Shown: piece by piece, positions 31,330-42,111 of the stretch | How positions within the stretch are numbered: position 1 is the stretch's first letter | Layout of the letters: each line of letters opens with the position of its first letter | Assembly (NCBI GenBank): GCA_040771865.1 | Contig: JAXGZF010000007.1 | Span: 248,001 to 312,000 of the forward strand | Reading direction: 5' to 3' | Origin: Desulfobacterales bacterium | Lineage (GTDB): Bacteria > Desulfobacterota > Desulfobacteria > Desulfobacterales > UBA2245 | DNA length: 64,000 bases | Program-made: the position numbers and the translations under genes | Notes under the pieces: generated by a model | The model's input: the letters and a program-made list of their open reading frames with translations, nothing else | The model's database searches: none | Told to the model about the DNA's origin: nothing

Positions 31330-32709
31330 TCAAGCAGTTGTTTCTCCTCCCTCCTCGACCGGCGGCTTTTTTTGCTTTTTCAGACTCCGCCACCGATCCA
31401 GACGCTGTTTGACGATCTTCTCATATCCCCTTTCCGTGGGGTGATAAAAGATTTTCCCGGCCAGAGCCTCGGGCAGATAATCCTGGGGCACATAGGCTTC
31501 CTCAAAATCATGGGCGTACTGGTAATCCCTGCCGTAGCCGAGATCCTTCATCAACCGGGTGGGCGCGTTTCGAATATGCAGGGGAACGGGAAGGGAACCG
31601 CCGGTTTCGGCGGCCTTTCTGGCCCTCCCGTAGGCCGTATAGATGCTGTTGCTCTTGGGGGCGGTGGCCAGGTAAACGGCCGCCTGGGCCAGGGCAAGGT
31701 CGCCTTCGGGCGATCCGATAAACCGGAAGGCCTCCATGGCGTTGAGGGCCACTGTCAGGGCGTGGGGATCCGCGTTTCCCACGTCTTCTGAGGCGAAACG
31801 CACCATTCTTCTGGCGATGTACAGCGGATCTTCTCCCGCAGCCAGCATGCGCGCCAGCCAGTACAGGGCCGCATCCGGATCACTGCCCCGCAGGCTTTTG
31901 TGCAGGGCTGAAATCACATTGTAATGCGCTTCGCCGGATTTGTCGTACAAAAGCGAGCGTTTCTGAAGAGCGTTTTCAATATCCGCAAGAACGATGCGCC
32001 GGGTTTTTTCACCGGATGCCTCGTTTTTGCGCAATTCAACGGCTGCAGCAACGATCTCCAGGCCGTTCAGGGCTGCCCGCACATCCCCGTCGGAAAGGGC
32101 GATCAGATGGTTCATCGCCTCGGGTTCAATGGTCAGGCCGCTTTTGCCGAGACCGTTTTCCGTATCTTCCAGGGCGCGGGTCAGAATCGCGGCCATGTCC
32201 TCGAATGAAAGCGGTTCCAGCACGATCGTGCGGCAGCGGGACATCAGGGCCGGTATCACCTCAAACGAGGGATTTTCCGTGGTGGCGCCGATCAGCGTGA
32301 TCAGGCCGCTTTCCACATGGGGCAGAAAAGCGTCCTGCTGAGCCTTGTTAAACCGGTGAATCTCGTCGACAAACAAAATAGTATTCTTGAGCTCCAGACG
32401 CCGGCGATTCCGGGCCTCGGCGATTACGGCGCGAATCTCCTTGACTCCGGAGAGCACCGCCGAAAACTCAACAAAATGCGAACGGGTTTCCGAAGCGACA
32501 ATCTTGGCCAGGGTGGTCTTGCCGCATCCCGGCGGACCCCAGAGTATCATGGAAAAGACGCGATCCGCCTCGATGGCTTCGCGCAGCATGCTTTCCGGCC
32601 CGAGGATATGCCTTTGCCCGACAAAATCCTTGAAGCTTCGGGGGCGCATGCGGTCGGCCAGCGGCCTGCCTGCTCCCGCCCGTTTCGCCTGATAGTCAAA
32701 AATATCCAT
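31330..32709 (-). CDS. rarA: Replication-associated recombination protein A (MgsA)
   Basis: PLADRMRP, WGPPGCGKTT, DEIHRFNKAQQD, ATTENPSF, KS-RGSD-DA, VPLH-RNAPT. Confidence 0.97.
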   Translation of the reverse strand: MDIFDYQAKRAGAGRPLADRMRPRSFKDFVGQRHILGPESMLREAIEADRVFSMILWGPPGCGKTTLAKIVASETRSHFVEFSAVLSGVKEIRAVIAEARNRRRLELKNTILFVDEIHRFNKAQQDAFLPHVESGLITLIGATTENPSFEVIPALMSRCRTIVLEPLSFEDMAAILTRALEDTENGLGKSGLTIEPEAMNHLIALSDGDVRAALNGLEIVAAAVELRKNEASGEKTRRIVLADIENALQKRSLLYDKSGEAHYNVISALHKSLRGSDPDAALYWLARMLAAGEDPLYIARRMVRFASEDVGNADPHALTVALNAMEAFRFIGSPEGDLALAQAAVYLATAPKSNSIYTAYGRARKAAETGGSLPVPLHIRNAPTRLMKDLGYGRDYQYAHDFEEAYVPQDYLPEALAGKIFYHPTERGYEKIVKQRLDRWRSLKKQKKPPVEEGGETTA

Positions 32710-32742
32710 GGCTTATCCGTCCCGATACGTTCGGCCGAACGG

Positions 32743-34071
32743 TTATTTATTCAAGGATCCGACCCGTTTTCGAAAGATCATTCGAATCGGCGTCTTGTCC
32801 AGACCCAGGCTTTCCCGAATTCGGTTGGTCAGATACCGCTGATAGGAGAAATGAACCGCCTCGGGATAGTTGACAAAAAACACAAAGGTCGGCGGTTTGA
32901 CCGAAATCTGGGAGCAGTAGTAGAATTTGATCCGCCTGCCCTGATGCAGGGAAGGCTCATTTTCGGCCACCGCGTTTACCAGAACCCTGTTCGCCTGGCC
33001 GGTGCCGATCCGGCTGGAATATTGCGCATACACCTCGTCGATCATCTGAAAGATCTTTCGCACCCGGAACCCGGTCAGGGCCGACACGGTCATGACCGGC
33101 GCATAATTCAGAAACCTGGTCCGCTCCCGGACCTGATCATGATACTTCCGGGCAGCCTTGCGGTCCCGTTCGCCGATGAGGTCCCATTTGTTGATCAGCA
33201 GGATGCAGCCGCACCCCCGCTCATGGGCATATCCGGCGATGGCGACGTCCTGTTCCGTAATGCCGTCCTGAGCGTCGAGCACGATCAGGGCCACATCGCA
33301 GCGGTCCAGGCTTTTCAGGGCCTTGATGATGGAAAACTTTTCCAGTTTCTCGGACACCCTGGCCTTTCGTCGAATGCCGGCAGTATCCACGAGCAGATAG
33401 GTTCTGCGGTTGAACTCATAAGCCGTATCCACGCTGTCGCGGGTGGTTCCGGCGACCTCGCTGACCACCAGGCGATCCTGGCCCAGAATGCGGTTGATCA
33501 GAGAGGATTTCCCCACATTGGGCCGACCCACCACGGCCACGCGGATGCTTTCGACGGCCGGCGCCTCCTCCTCCGACTGGGGAAACGCCGCAATCAGGGC
33601 GTCCAGAAGATCCGGCACCCCGTAACCGTGCTCGGCGGAAATTCCAAAGATCGGCTCGATGCCGAAGGCGTAAAAATCAAAGACATTCCCTTCATGGGAC
33701 TCGCTGTCGATCTTGTTCACCACGAAGAAAACCGGCTTTTCCACCATGCGCAGAATGTCAATCAGCTCACGATCATAGGGAGACACCCCGGTCCTACCGT
33801 CCAGCATCATGACAACGCCATCGGCCTCCTCAATAGCCTGCCGGACCTGATGGCGAATTTGGGCCGAAAAGGCGTCCGCCTCATCGGCGATAAATCCTCC
33901 GGTATCCACCAGGGTGAAAGAAACCCCGTTCCACTGGGCGTCCTTATAGTGGCGGTCACGGGTAACGCCGGGCAGATCATCCACCAGGGCATCGCGGCTT
34001 CGCGTGACCCGATTGAAAAATGTGGACTTTCCTACGTTCGGACGGCCAACAACTGCGACAATGGGTTTCAT
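32743..34071 (-). CDS. der: Ribosome biogenesis GTPase Der
   Basis: Two GTPase domains (GRPNVGKS x2, DTGG/DTAG, NK-D/NKWD) and KH-like tail. Confidence 0.97.
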   Translation of the reverse strand: MKPIVAVVGRPNVGKSTFFNRVTRSRDALVDDLPGVTRDRHYKDAQWNGVSFTLVDTGGFIADEADAFSAQIRHQVRQAIEEADGVVMMLDGRTGVSPYDRELIDILRMVEKPVFFVVNKIDSESHEGNVFDFYAFGIEPIFGISAEHGYGVPDLLDALIAAFPQSEEEAPAVESIRVAVVGRPNVGKSSLINRILGQDRLVVSEVAGTTRDSVDTAYEFNRRTYLLVDTAGIRRKARVSEKLEKFSIIKALKSLDRCDVALIVLDAQDGITEQDVAIAGYAHERGCGCILLINKWDLIGERDRKAARKYHDQVRERTRFLNYAPVMTVSALTGFRVRKIFQMIDEVYAQYSSRIGTGQANRVLVNAVAENEPSLHQGRRIKFYYCSQISVKPPTFVFFVNYPEAVHFSYQRYLTNRIRESLGLDKTPIRMIFRKRVGSLNK

Positions 34072-34491
34072 GATATCGATTTCTTTTATAATTTTATCAT
34101 AAAAACAATTCGATATACCGTCACCCGAATCATTTGTCAAACAGCGGGCAAAGGCTGCATCAGTCAACAGCGAGAAGAGACGGTCTCGACACGGAAATCT
34201 GCGAAAATCGGTCTGAGACCCCAACGCCTTGAGTAACGGTGCCAATCTCCTTACCTTGCCCGCCCCAGCATTTCCGGGGAAAAGAATTGAACGTCAACCG
34301 GGCAGAGCTTTCATGAACTTAAACCTGGACCAACGAAGGAAGATAAGTAAGATATTTCCAAAATTTAAAAATTTAATGGAATTTATTAAATTTAATATGT
34401 ATAAATCGCTTTTAAAGAATTCTAAAAAATAAACCGATATTATTCCTAAACCAAAGAACGTATTGACGCCTTTAATTGTGAGAGCGACCAA

Positions 34492-36972
34492 ATGATTGAA
34501 AGATTGCGGATCCGATTCGGTCAAATGGGTATTTTCCCAAAACTTATGGTAAGTTTTCTTTTCCTATCCATTGTGCCTCTGGTCATTCTTGGCTACTTTG
34601 CCAACAAAAACCTCTATGATACGGGGATCCAGGCCGTTCATGAAGCCGAGGAAATGGGGAAACAGGATCTGAAGGCAGCTGAAGAAATCGGCAGAACATC
34701 TATCGACGACAGCGTTTATGCGCTGGATAAGAAATCAACTGAGGCGATCGAATTGAGAACCGTCGAGCTTGCCGAGAGGATAGCCGACTTTTTGCATGAG
34801 AGGGACAAAGATATGCTCATCGTCTCTTCTCTCCCGCCTGATCCTGAGAACTATCGATACTTCTATTCAGCCTCAAAACGGGATGTGGTAATCACCGAAA
34901 CGGTCTCTGTGGAACAGGAAGACCGCCCAGCATTGCCCCTACAATCAAGAAATCCTGAAAACAAGACGGAATGGAGGCACAGACCTCCGCAGCAATTCAA
35001 AAAGCTATCAAAGCCATTGTACAAAGAGATTGCCTTTGTTGATCTCAACGGCATGGAAAGGATTAAAATCACCGATGGCAAGGTGTCGGAAAATCTCCTG
35101 GATGTCAGCAGGAAAGAAAACACCTATTGCCGCGTGGAAGACTACTTCACCCACTTGAAAAATCTTAAGAGAGGCGAAATCTACGTCTCGGAGGTAATTG
35201 GCGAATATGTTCCCGGATGGCTCTCAATAACCCCCGAAGGCATAAAAGTAAAACAGGAAAGCGCATACGCGGGAAAAGAAAACCCCCTTGGAAAAAAATT
35301 TGAGGGGATTATCCGGTGGGCAGCACCTGTGTACGACCACGGCCGCAAGACAGGATACGCAACCATGGCCCTGGATCACGCCCATGTGATGGAGTTTACC
35401 GATCACGTGATTCCCACCGAAGAGCGCTTTACCGTCTACTCTGATGGCGGATCCGGCAACTATGCCTTTATTTGGGACCACCGCGATCGATGTATCGCCC
35501 ATGCCCGCGATTTTTTTATCTGTGGATATGATCCCTCGACAGGACAAGAGATACCCGGTTGGGTGAGCCAAAACACCTATGATGAGTATAGAAAAAGCGG
35601 GTTGCCATTAGAAACATTTATACGCGAACTTCCATCATTCCGGGATTTCACCCAGAAAAAGCCGGCCTGTAAAGAACAGATAAAATCGGGACGCATCCCT
35701 CTGGATTGCAGGGTGCTCGATAACGCACCCCAATGTCAGGGCTGGCACGAGGGCACGGAAGATGGAGGGTCCGGGTCGTTCCTGATCTTATGGAGCGGCC
35801 TCTGGAAACTGACGACGTATGCGACAATCCCCTACTATACCGGCATGTACGGAAAGTCAAAGAGAGGTTTCGGGTACGTTACGATCGGAGCAAATGTCGA
35901 CGACTTTCACAAAGACGCCAATATCACAAAAGACAGAATAGAAGAGGCTATTGCCCGAGAAGGGCATGCCATCATAGCCGCAAACAGCACCACAAGGGAC
36001 CTCATCCGGAAGAGCGCCGTTCACAACCGCGAGGTGATTACCATCATTTCGGCATTAGCCGTCCTGGCAGTCATCAGCGCCTCATTGATCATAAGTCTCC
36101 ATATTACAAAACCCCTGAAACGGCTGACGGATGGGGCCATCGCTATGAGGAACGGAAACTACGATCAACATATTGAGGCAACCTCGAAGGATGAAATCGG
36201 TCAACTCGCCCACTCGTTCAATGAAATGGCAAAGGCTGTCTCAGAAGTGGACAAAATGAAATCAAATTTTGTTACGATCGCCTCCCATGAACTGAGAACG
36301 CCGATCCAGGCCATGCTGCTCGGTGTATCGGGCATACTGGGAGGATTTTCCGGAAAGATCAATGACGAAGTGCGAGAGGATCTGGAGCTCGCGAAAATCG
36401 GCATCGAGCGCCTGATGCGTCTGGTGTCCAATTTGCTGGATCTGTCCAGGATCGAATCCCGAAAGGCGGTACTGAACAAGGCTGAAACAGAGGTTCATGA
36501 GATCGTGGACCGGGCTGTCGCGGAAGTTCTTGATCTGGCAAATGCCCACCGGCACACCATCGTCAAGCAAATCCCGCCGGATATCGGACAAATCCGAGTT
36601 GACAAAGACCGAATGATTCAGGTGATCATTAACTGCCTCAGCAACTCCATCAAATACTCCCCCGACGGGGGAACCATCATCATCAAAGGCGAGCGAAAAA
36701 AAGGAGAAATGGCATTCTTGATCGCGGACAATGGATATGGCATCCCATCATGGGCCCAGAAAGAAATATTCAAGAAATTTTTCCAGGCAGACAGCATCAT
36801 GTCCCAGAAAGTCGGTGGAAGTGGTCTGGGGCTGACGATCACGAAAGAAATCGTTGAAAACCATGGCGGAAGCATAAACTGTGAGAGCCCCGTCCCCGCG
36901 GAAGATTTTCCCGAACTGCCCTTAGGCGGCGACCGGAAGGGGGCGGTCTTTACCATCCTTCTGCCCACATGA
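34492..36972 (+). CDS. Sensor histidine kinase (TM, large periplasmic domain, TM, HAMP, HisKA, HATPase)
   Basis: DEIGQLA-SFN-M HAMP, SHELRTP H-box, N-LSN-IKY, D-G-GI, GSGLGL. Confidence 0.93.
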   Translation: MIERLRIRFGQMGIFPKLMVSFLFLSIVPLVILGYFANKNLYDTGIQAVHEAEEMGKQDLKAAEEIGRTSIDDSVYALDKKSTEAIELRTVELAERIADFLHERDKDMLIVSSLPPDPENYRYFYSASKRDVVITETVSVEQEDRPALPLQSRNPENKTEWRHRPPQQFKKLSKPLYKEIAFVDLNGMERIKITDGKVSENLLDVSRKENTYCRVEDYFTHLKNLKRGEIYVSEVIGEYVPGWLSITPEGIKVKQESAYAGKENPLGKKFEGIIRWAAPVYDHGRKTGYATMALDHAHVMEFTDHVIPTEERFTVYSDGGSGNYAFIWDHRDRCIAHARDFFICGYDPSTGQEIPGWVSQNTYDEYRKSGLPLETFIRELPSFRDFTQKKPACKEQIKSGRIPLDCRVLDNAPQCQGWHEGTEDGGSGSFLILWSGLWKLTTYATIPYYTGMYGKSKRGFGYVTIGANVDDFHKDANITKDRIEEAIAREGHAIIAANSTTRDLIRKSAVHNREVITIISALAVLAVISASLIISLHITKPLKRLTDGAIAMRNGNYDQHIEATSKDEIGQLAHSFNEMAKAVSEVDKMKSNFVTIASHELRTPIQAMLLGVSGILGGFSGKINDEVREDLELAKIGIERLMRLVSNLLDLSRIESRKAVLNKAETEVHEIVDRAVAEVLDLANAHRHTIVKQIPPDIGQIRVDKDRMIQVIINCLSNSIKYSPDGGTIIIKGERKKGEMAFLIADNGYGIPSWAQKEIFKKFFQADSIMSQKVGGSGLGLTITKEIVENHGGSINCESPVPAEDFPELPLGGDRKGAVFTILLPT

Positions 36973-37007
36973 TCTCCCTAGTGTAGGCGAGCGAAAGGAG
37001 CTTGTTT

Positions 37008-37406
37008 ATGGAAAGTTTAAAGATTCTGGTCGTGGACGATGAGGCGCCCATCTCATCCTATCTGCAACGGAAGTTGACCAAACAAGGCTATATGGTTTAT
37101 GCGGCCGACAATGGAGAAGAAGCACTCCAGCAGGCCTTCTTGCACCTTCCCGATATCGTCCTTCTTGACGTCAAGCTGCCGAAACTTAATGGAATCGAGG
37201 TATGCAAAAGGCTCAAATCGGATGACCGGACAAAAAATACTCACATCATCATGCTGTCGGCAAAAGCTCAATCCGATGAGATTCAACAGGGTCTGGACGC
37301 CGGCGCCGACAGATACCTGTGCAAGCCCGTGGGCTTCCCGGAAATTTTCCAGGAGATATGTCGAATACACGACAAGACAGATGCCGTGGAAAATGGCCGT
37401 TCTTAG
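37008..37406 (+). CDS. Single-domain response regulator
   Basis: ILVVDDE, LLDVKLP, LSA, KP motifs. Confidence 0.93.
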   Translation: MESLKILVVDDEAPISSYLQRKLTKQGYMVYAADNGEEALQQAFLHLPDIVLLDVKLPKLNGIEVCKRLKSDDRTKNTHIIMLSAKAQSDEIQQGLDAGADRYLCKPVGFPEIFQEICRIHDKTDAVENGRS

Positions 37407-37416
37407 GAGACATCTC

Positions 37417-39621
37417 ATGGATCATACCAACCCTCAACTCGACGAACAACAACGACGGATCCTCCAGGAGTATATTTTCAATCTCGAAGACGTCCAAGAA
37501 CAGGCTGAGGAACTAGCCGTCGCCAACGCAAAGCTGAGACAATCTGAAAATATCCTCATGGCCGTTCTCGACAGCACCACCCACGGTATATGCCTCGTGA
37601 AAAACCGCGCTTTTATTTGGTGTAACAGGGCATTGACGGACATACTCGGATGGAAACAGGAAGAATTGATCGGCGCGGAAACAAGCATCTTGTATCCGGA
37701 TGGCGAGGAGCGCACGGCAATCGAAGGGACTATTAAAACCCACGAAAAAGGATTGTTTGCCTATGAACACGATTTTCTCCACAAGAGAGGCCATCGCGTA
37801 CCCTGCCTCCTGACCGGACGCCCACAAGACAAAAATGACCCATCCAAGGGATACGTCCTCTCAATCACCGATTTCACCAATCTCAAGCGCGCGCAGGAAG
37901 CGTTGAGGAAAGCCTACCGAGAGCTGGAAAAGCACGCCGATGAACTCCTGAACGCGAACAGGCAATTGGACTGGGAAATAAAGGAAAGAAAAGAAACTGA
38001 GAAAAAGCTGAATCAGTATCGGAATCACCTGGAAGATTTGGTTAGGGAGCGAACCGCGGAGTTAAAACGAACGAACGATCAGCTTCAGCGGGAAATAACG
38101 GAAAGGAAGCAAAAGGAAGAGACCCTGGCATATCTTGAAAAATTGAAATCATCCATACTGAGCGGCATCTCTCACGCCGTCCTGGGTCTGGAAGATCGTA
38201 AGATCATCTTTGCCAACGACGCCGTTGAAGCCATTTTCGGATGGAAACCTGAAGAATTGACAGGCAAGGAAACCCGAATACTTTACGCGACAGACGATGA
38301 ATTCATACGGCTCAACCGGATATACACTATTCTCCAGCTACAGGAGCGGCACAGTGAAGAGGTGATATGCCGCCACAAAGACGGCAGGGAGATCATCTGT
38401 AAACTCATTATTTCAAGAATCGGATGCAGTTTGACCAACAAGCACATTGTTGCCGTCTACGATGATATATCGAAACGAAAAAAGCTCGAAGAACAACTGC
38501 TTCAGTCTCAAAAGATGGAAGCCGTCGGTTCCCTTGCAGGGGGTATTGCTCACGATATCAACAACATACTAATGGGTATTCAGGGATATGCATCTCTTGC
38601 GCTGCACGATCTGGGCAGCTCGCATCCTCATCACAAAGCCTTTGCGAGCATTGAAGAACTCGTGAGGAGCGGAGCCAGTCTCACCAAACAACTCCTTGGC
38701 TTCGCCCAAAAAGGCAAATACGAGGTCAAGCCATTGAATATCAACGAAGTCGTCGAAAAGACTTCGTCCATGTTCGGTCGCACCAAAAAGGAGATCACCA
38801 TTCTCACGGAATACGACAGCAAGCCATCCGTGATTGAAGCGGATCAGGGACAGATCGAGCAGGTGCTCATCAATCTCTTTGTTAACGCCTGGCATGCCAT
38901 GCCGGGCGGAGGAACGCTGCATCTCAAAACCCAAAGAACCCTTGTGGATGATCATGCGGCAAAAATTCATTCCCTAGCACCCGGCGCTTTCATCAGATTG
39001 TCGGTGACCGATACGGGCGTAGGGATGGACGGCAAAACACGGGAAAGAATTTTTGAGCCTTTTTTTACCACCAAGGAGATGGGGCGTGGTACCGGCCTCG
39101 GGCTTGCATCCGCATATGGCATTATCAAAAACCACGGAGGCTTCATAGAGGTAGAGAGCAAAAAGGGGTATGGGAGTACGTTTCATGTCTACCTTCCTGC
39201 ATCGGACAAAGAGGTAGAAGAGGATACGATTCCCGCAGCAAATATTCTCAATGGCAAGGAAACGATTCTGGTCGTGGATGATGAACCTTTTATTCTCGAT
39301 GTAAGCCAAGAAATGCTCAAGACTCTGGGATATCGCGTAATAGCAGCGAGCAACGGCAAGGAGGCCCTGAGCATATATGCCGACCAAAAGGACTCCATTG
39401 CTTTGGTCATCCTTGACATCATCATGCCGGGCATGGGCGGCCAGGAAACCTTTGCGTGTCTGAAAATGATCGATGAGAACGTAAAAGCGATCGTTTCGAG
39501 TGGTTACAGCCGGCAGGGACAGGCAGAAAGTTTATTGGCGCAAGGCTGCAAAGGCTTCTTACAGAAGCCGTTCAGAATGAATACACTTTCTCAGACAATA
39601 CGACAAATTCTCGACGCATGA
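37417..39621 (+). CDS. Cytoplasmic hybrid PAS-PAS histidine kinase with receiver domain
   Basis: Two PAS domains, QSQKMEAVG-LAGGIAHD-NN, FEPFFTTK, GTGLGL, C-terminal VVDDE..D..KP. Confidence 0.93.
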   Translation: MDHTNPQLDEQQRRILQEYIFNLEDVQEQAEELAVANAKLRQSENILMAVLDSTTHGICLVKNRAFIWCNRALTDILGWKQEELIGAETSILYPDGEERTAIEGTIKTHEKGLFAYEHDFLHKRGHRVPCLLTGRPQDKNDPSKGYVLSITDFTNLKRAQEALRKAYRELEKHADELLNANRQLDWEIKERKETEKKLNQYRNHLEDLVRERTAELKRTNDQLQREITERKQKEETLAYLEKLKSSILSGISHAVLGLEDRKIIFANDAVEAIFGWKPEELTGKETRILYATDDEFIRLNRIYTILQLQERHSEEVICRHKDGREIICKLIISRIGCSLTNKHIVAVYDDISKRKKLEEQLLQSQKMEAVGSLAGGIAHDINNILMGIQGYASLALHDLGSSHPHHKAFASIEELVRSGASLTKQLLGFAQKGKYEVKPLNINEVVEKTSSMFGRTKKEITILTEYDSKPSVIEADQGQIEQVLINLFVNAWHAMPGGGTLHLKTQRTLVDDHAAKIHSLAPGAFIRLSVTDTGVGMDGKTRERIFEPFFTTKEMGRGTGLGLASAYGIIKNHGGFIEVESKKGYGSTFHVYLPASDKEVEEDTIPAANILNGKETILVVDDEPFILDVSQEMLKTLGYRVIAASNGKEALSIYADQKDSIALVILDIIMPGMGGQETFACLKMIDENVKAIVSSGYSRQGQAESLLAQGCKGFLQKPFRMNTLSQTIRQILDA

Positions 39622-39991
39622 CGGATCGTCACCTCATGTGCGGCGGCCGATGGACCCATACCGGCCAAACCACTTTAAAAAACTTCAGACCCCCTTTCCC
39701 TCTCTCCCGGTCGCCATCGGCGGAATATGGCGGATTGCACAATGGTCCGGCCGATCTAATGGCGGATATGGGAAGAGAAAACATCCTCCTCTATCCACCG
39801 GAGTAAAGGGAATCCCGTTTCACGGGGCGTCCTTGTAGGGGAGATCCCGGATCACACCGGGCAAAGGCGAATTGCAAAATGAATCCAGATCGACAGGATG
39901 GCGGGATGCGGAAATTGATCAAAATCGTCTTGGCCGTGAAACGATCTGGAACGTGGACGCTTCTTTTCCCAGAATTTTGATGTTCTGTTGG

Positions 39992-40831
39992 CTACAGCTT
40001 CTTCGCAACAACCGCAAATTCCCTGCTTGCCCGCGTGAACGGAGCACCGGCAACATCCGAATAAAAATCTTCGACAGCAAAACCACTGAGCTTAAACTCT
40101 TTTTCCAATTCCTCCGGGCTGAAATGCTGAAACCAGTTATAGAACGTTCGCGTGCGGGCTTCCTCTACAAGCGTGTATTGATCCAGAACCACTTTTTCGT
40201 TTTCATACTTGAACGTGTTCAGAAAACCATAATACCTGTTCGGCGACCAGAAACCATTGAGAAGGCTGGCTTCAAATAATGCCCTCTCTTCCCGCTCGTC
40301 GAAGGCGGCCAGCGAATATACATCGAGGAGAACGAAGCCGCCGGGCTCCAGAAACGCATGAAACCGGGTCAGCATCTTTCTCCGCTGGGCCGGGCTGAGG
40401 GCCGAAAAATCGCACATGATCATCATGATGAGGTGAAAGCGGTCATCCGTATCAAAGTCCAGATAGTTCTGCATGACGTATTGAATGGAAAGTCCTTCCC
40501 TGGCCGCAGCTTCACGTGCATATCGAATCGAGCGCTCCGAAAAGTCTATTCCGGTCACTTCCGCATGCCTGCGAGCCAGTCTCAGGGCGTATAATCCCGG
40601 ACCGCAGCCGAAGTCGGCGATCTTCTTTCCGGCGCCGATATTGAAGCGGGCGGTTATCCAGTCTACAGACCGGTCGATAAAAGCGGCATTTCGAGATGAG
40701 ATATCGGTTTTGCCATCCAGATGAAATTCAAGCATCCGCTTCGATGTATGCGCATCCGTCCACAAGTCGTAAGCCGTATAAAATTCGAAGGGTTTGGGAC
40801 GCGCATTGATTTTCTCCAACTGTTCAAACAT
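39992..40831 (-). CDS. Class I SAM-dependent methyltransferase
   Basis: IADFGCGPGLY, GIDFS, L-PGG--L-DV. Confidence 0.9.
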   Translation of the reverse strand: MFEQLEKINARPKPFEFYTAYDLWTDAHTSKRMLEFHLDGKTDISSRNAAFIDRSVDWITARFNIGAGKKIADFGCGPGLYALRLARRHAEVTGIDFSERSIRYAREAAAREGLSIQYVMQNYLDFDTDDRFHLIMMIMCDFSALSPAQRRKMLTRFHAFLEPGGFVLLDVYSLAAFDEREERALFEASLLNGFWSPNRYYGFLNTFKYENEKVVLDQYTLVEEARTRTFYNWFQHFSPEELEKEFKLSGFAVEDFYSDVAGAPFTRASREFAVVAKKL

Positions 40832-40947
40832 CAGTATCTCCCGTTCAATCGGAGCATGAAATGCCTGTTTGCTTTTGCCCATCGTTCAAAAATCTCCGCT
40901 GAGGCCTCGTGGCAATTCAGAATGCGCCATGCGCCCTGCCTCGTTTT

Positions 40948-41277
40948 TCATTCCAGATGCGCTTCGGCCATCTGAATAGCGAGATCCTTATCCCTTGTAA
41001 TCAGCTTCCACCTCATTTTCGATGAATGAATACCGGCCGCCTTGTCCTGACCGCTGCAATAATACCAGTGTCCGAAGCGTTCGACCTTGGAAAATGGATG
41101 ATTGCGCGTACAGAACATCCCGCAGGGTTTGATCTCCTTAAAAAAAACAATTTCATCGGGGACTGAATCATAATACAGGTCTTCAGGCAATTCGATTCGC
41201 GACACATCCAGGTGCTTCGCTTCCTTTTCATCCAGCCAGTCTGAAATTGTCATTTCATCTTTTTCTTCTTTTTCCAT
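40948..41277 (-). CDS. Hypothetical protein (109 aa)
   Basis: AAGGAG SD; co-oriented with neighbours and fills the gap; no known motif. Confidence 0.7.
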   Translation of the reverse strand: MEKEEKDEMTISDWLDEKEAKHLDVSRIELPEDLYYDSVPDEIVFFKEIKPCGMFCTRNHPFSKVERFGHWYYCSGQDKAAGIHSSKMRWKLITRDKDLAIQMAEAHLE

Positions 41278-41372
41278 GGGTTCTTTTCTCCTTCAGAAAG
41301 CGCTGTGCATGAGGCACCTTGAAATGCACAACGCGGTTTTAAGGTTGGATATCCCCCTCGGACCCAAATGTT

Positions 41373-42068
41373 TTATTTCTCGCAGACATAGATGGACAAG
41401 AAACCTGTGCCGCCTTTCTTGAGAATCCTCAATCCACTTCGGGCGATCATGCCTTCAAGTATCCAATCCAGCGTCGAGAATTCCGCCTTGATGTGCCGTA
41501 TGGTCTGTTGGGCCGCTTCGTCGCTGGCTCGCGACCGGACCTCGTGGATCGCCTCCTTGAAAAAGGCGTTGTAATCATCAATTCTTGAGGGGAATACAAC
41601 ATCGCGAAGATACAGCCTTCCGCCTGGGCGAAGGCCGTCGGCAACGGATGCGAGGGCTCTCGACTTCCAGAAATCCGGCAGGTGGTGCAGCGCCAGTTGA
41701 CTCACGACGCCATCCACAGGATGGACCGGTCGAAAGCCGGATAAGAATCCGCCCGTTTCAAACGTAACATTTTTAACATGGCGCCGTTCCGCTTTTTGAC
41801 GGGCGTATTCCAGCATGGCTGGCGAAACGTCGGCGGCATAAACATGCTTTACGGCGGACGCAAGTGCGAGGGCGCATTCTCCCGTGCCGGCGCCGATCTC
41901 CCAGACAGTTGAATCCTTCGAAAGCGACAGGGCCTTTTTGATGTCTTTCACCTCGGCGCCCACATCGCGCAGCTTCATCATTCGTTCATCGTAAACACGG
42001 ACCTCTTTCAGTTCCCGATAATCCGTACCGATCTGTATCGTTTCATCATATTGCCACGGATAGCTCAT
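41373..42068 (-). CDS. Class I SAM-dependent methyltransferase
   Basis: EIGAGTG, ADVS--ML, ALHHL-D, LRPGG-LYL-D. Confidence 0.9.
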   Translation of the reverse strand: MSYPWQYDETIQIGTDYRELKEVRVYDERMMKLRDVGAEVKDIKKALSLSKDSTVWEIGAGTGECALALASAVKHVYAADVSPAMLEYARQKAERRHVKNVTFETGGFLSGFRPVHPVDGVVSQLALHHLPDFWKSRALASVADGLRPGGRLYLRDVVFPSRIDDYNAFFKEAIHEVRSRASDEAAQQTIRHIKAEFSTLDWILEGMIARSGLRILKKGGTGFLSIYVCEK

Positions 42069-42111
42069 GCAGCCGTTCCTCTGCCGGACGCATTTTTCAG
42101 CGGCGTCGGCA

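Noticed and set aside
32317..34236. 639-aa plus-strand ORF
   Set aside because: Antisense to der and rarA.
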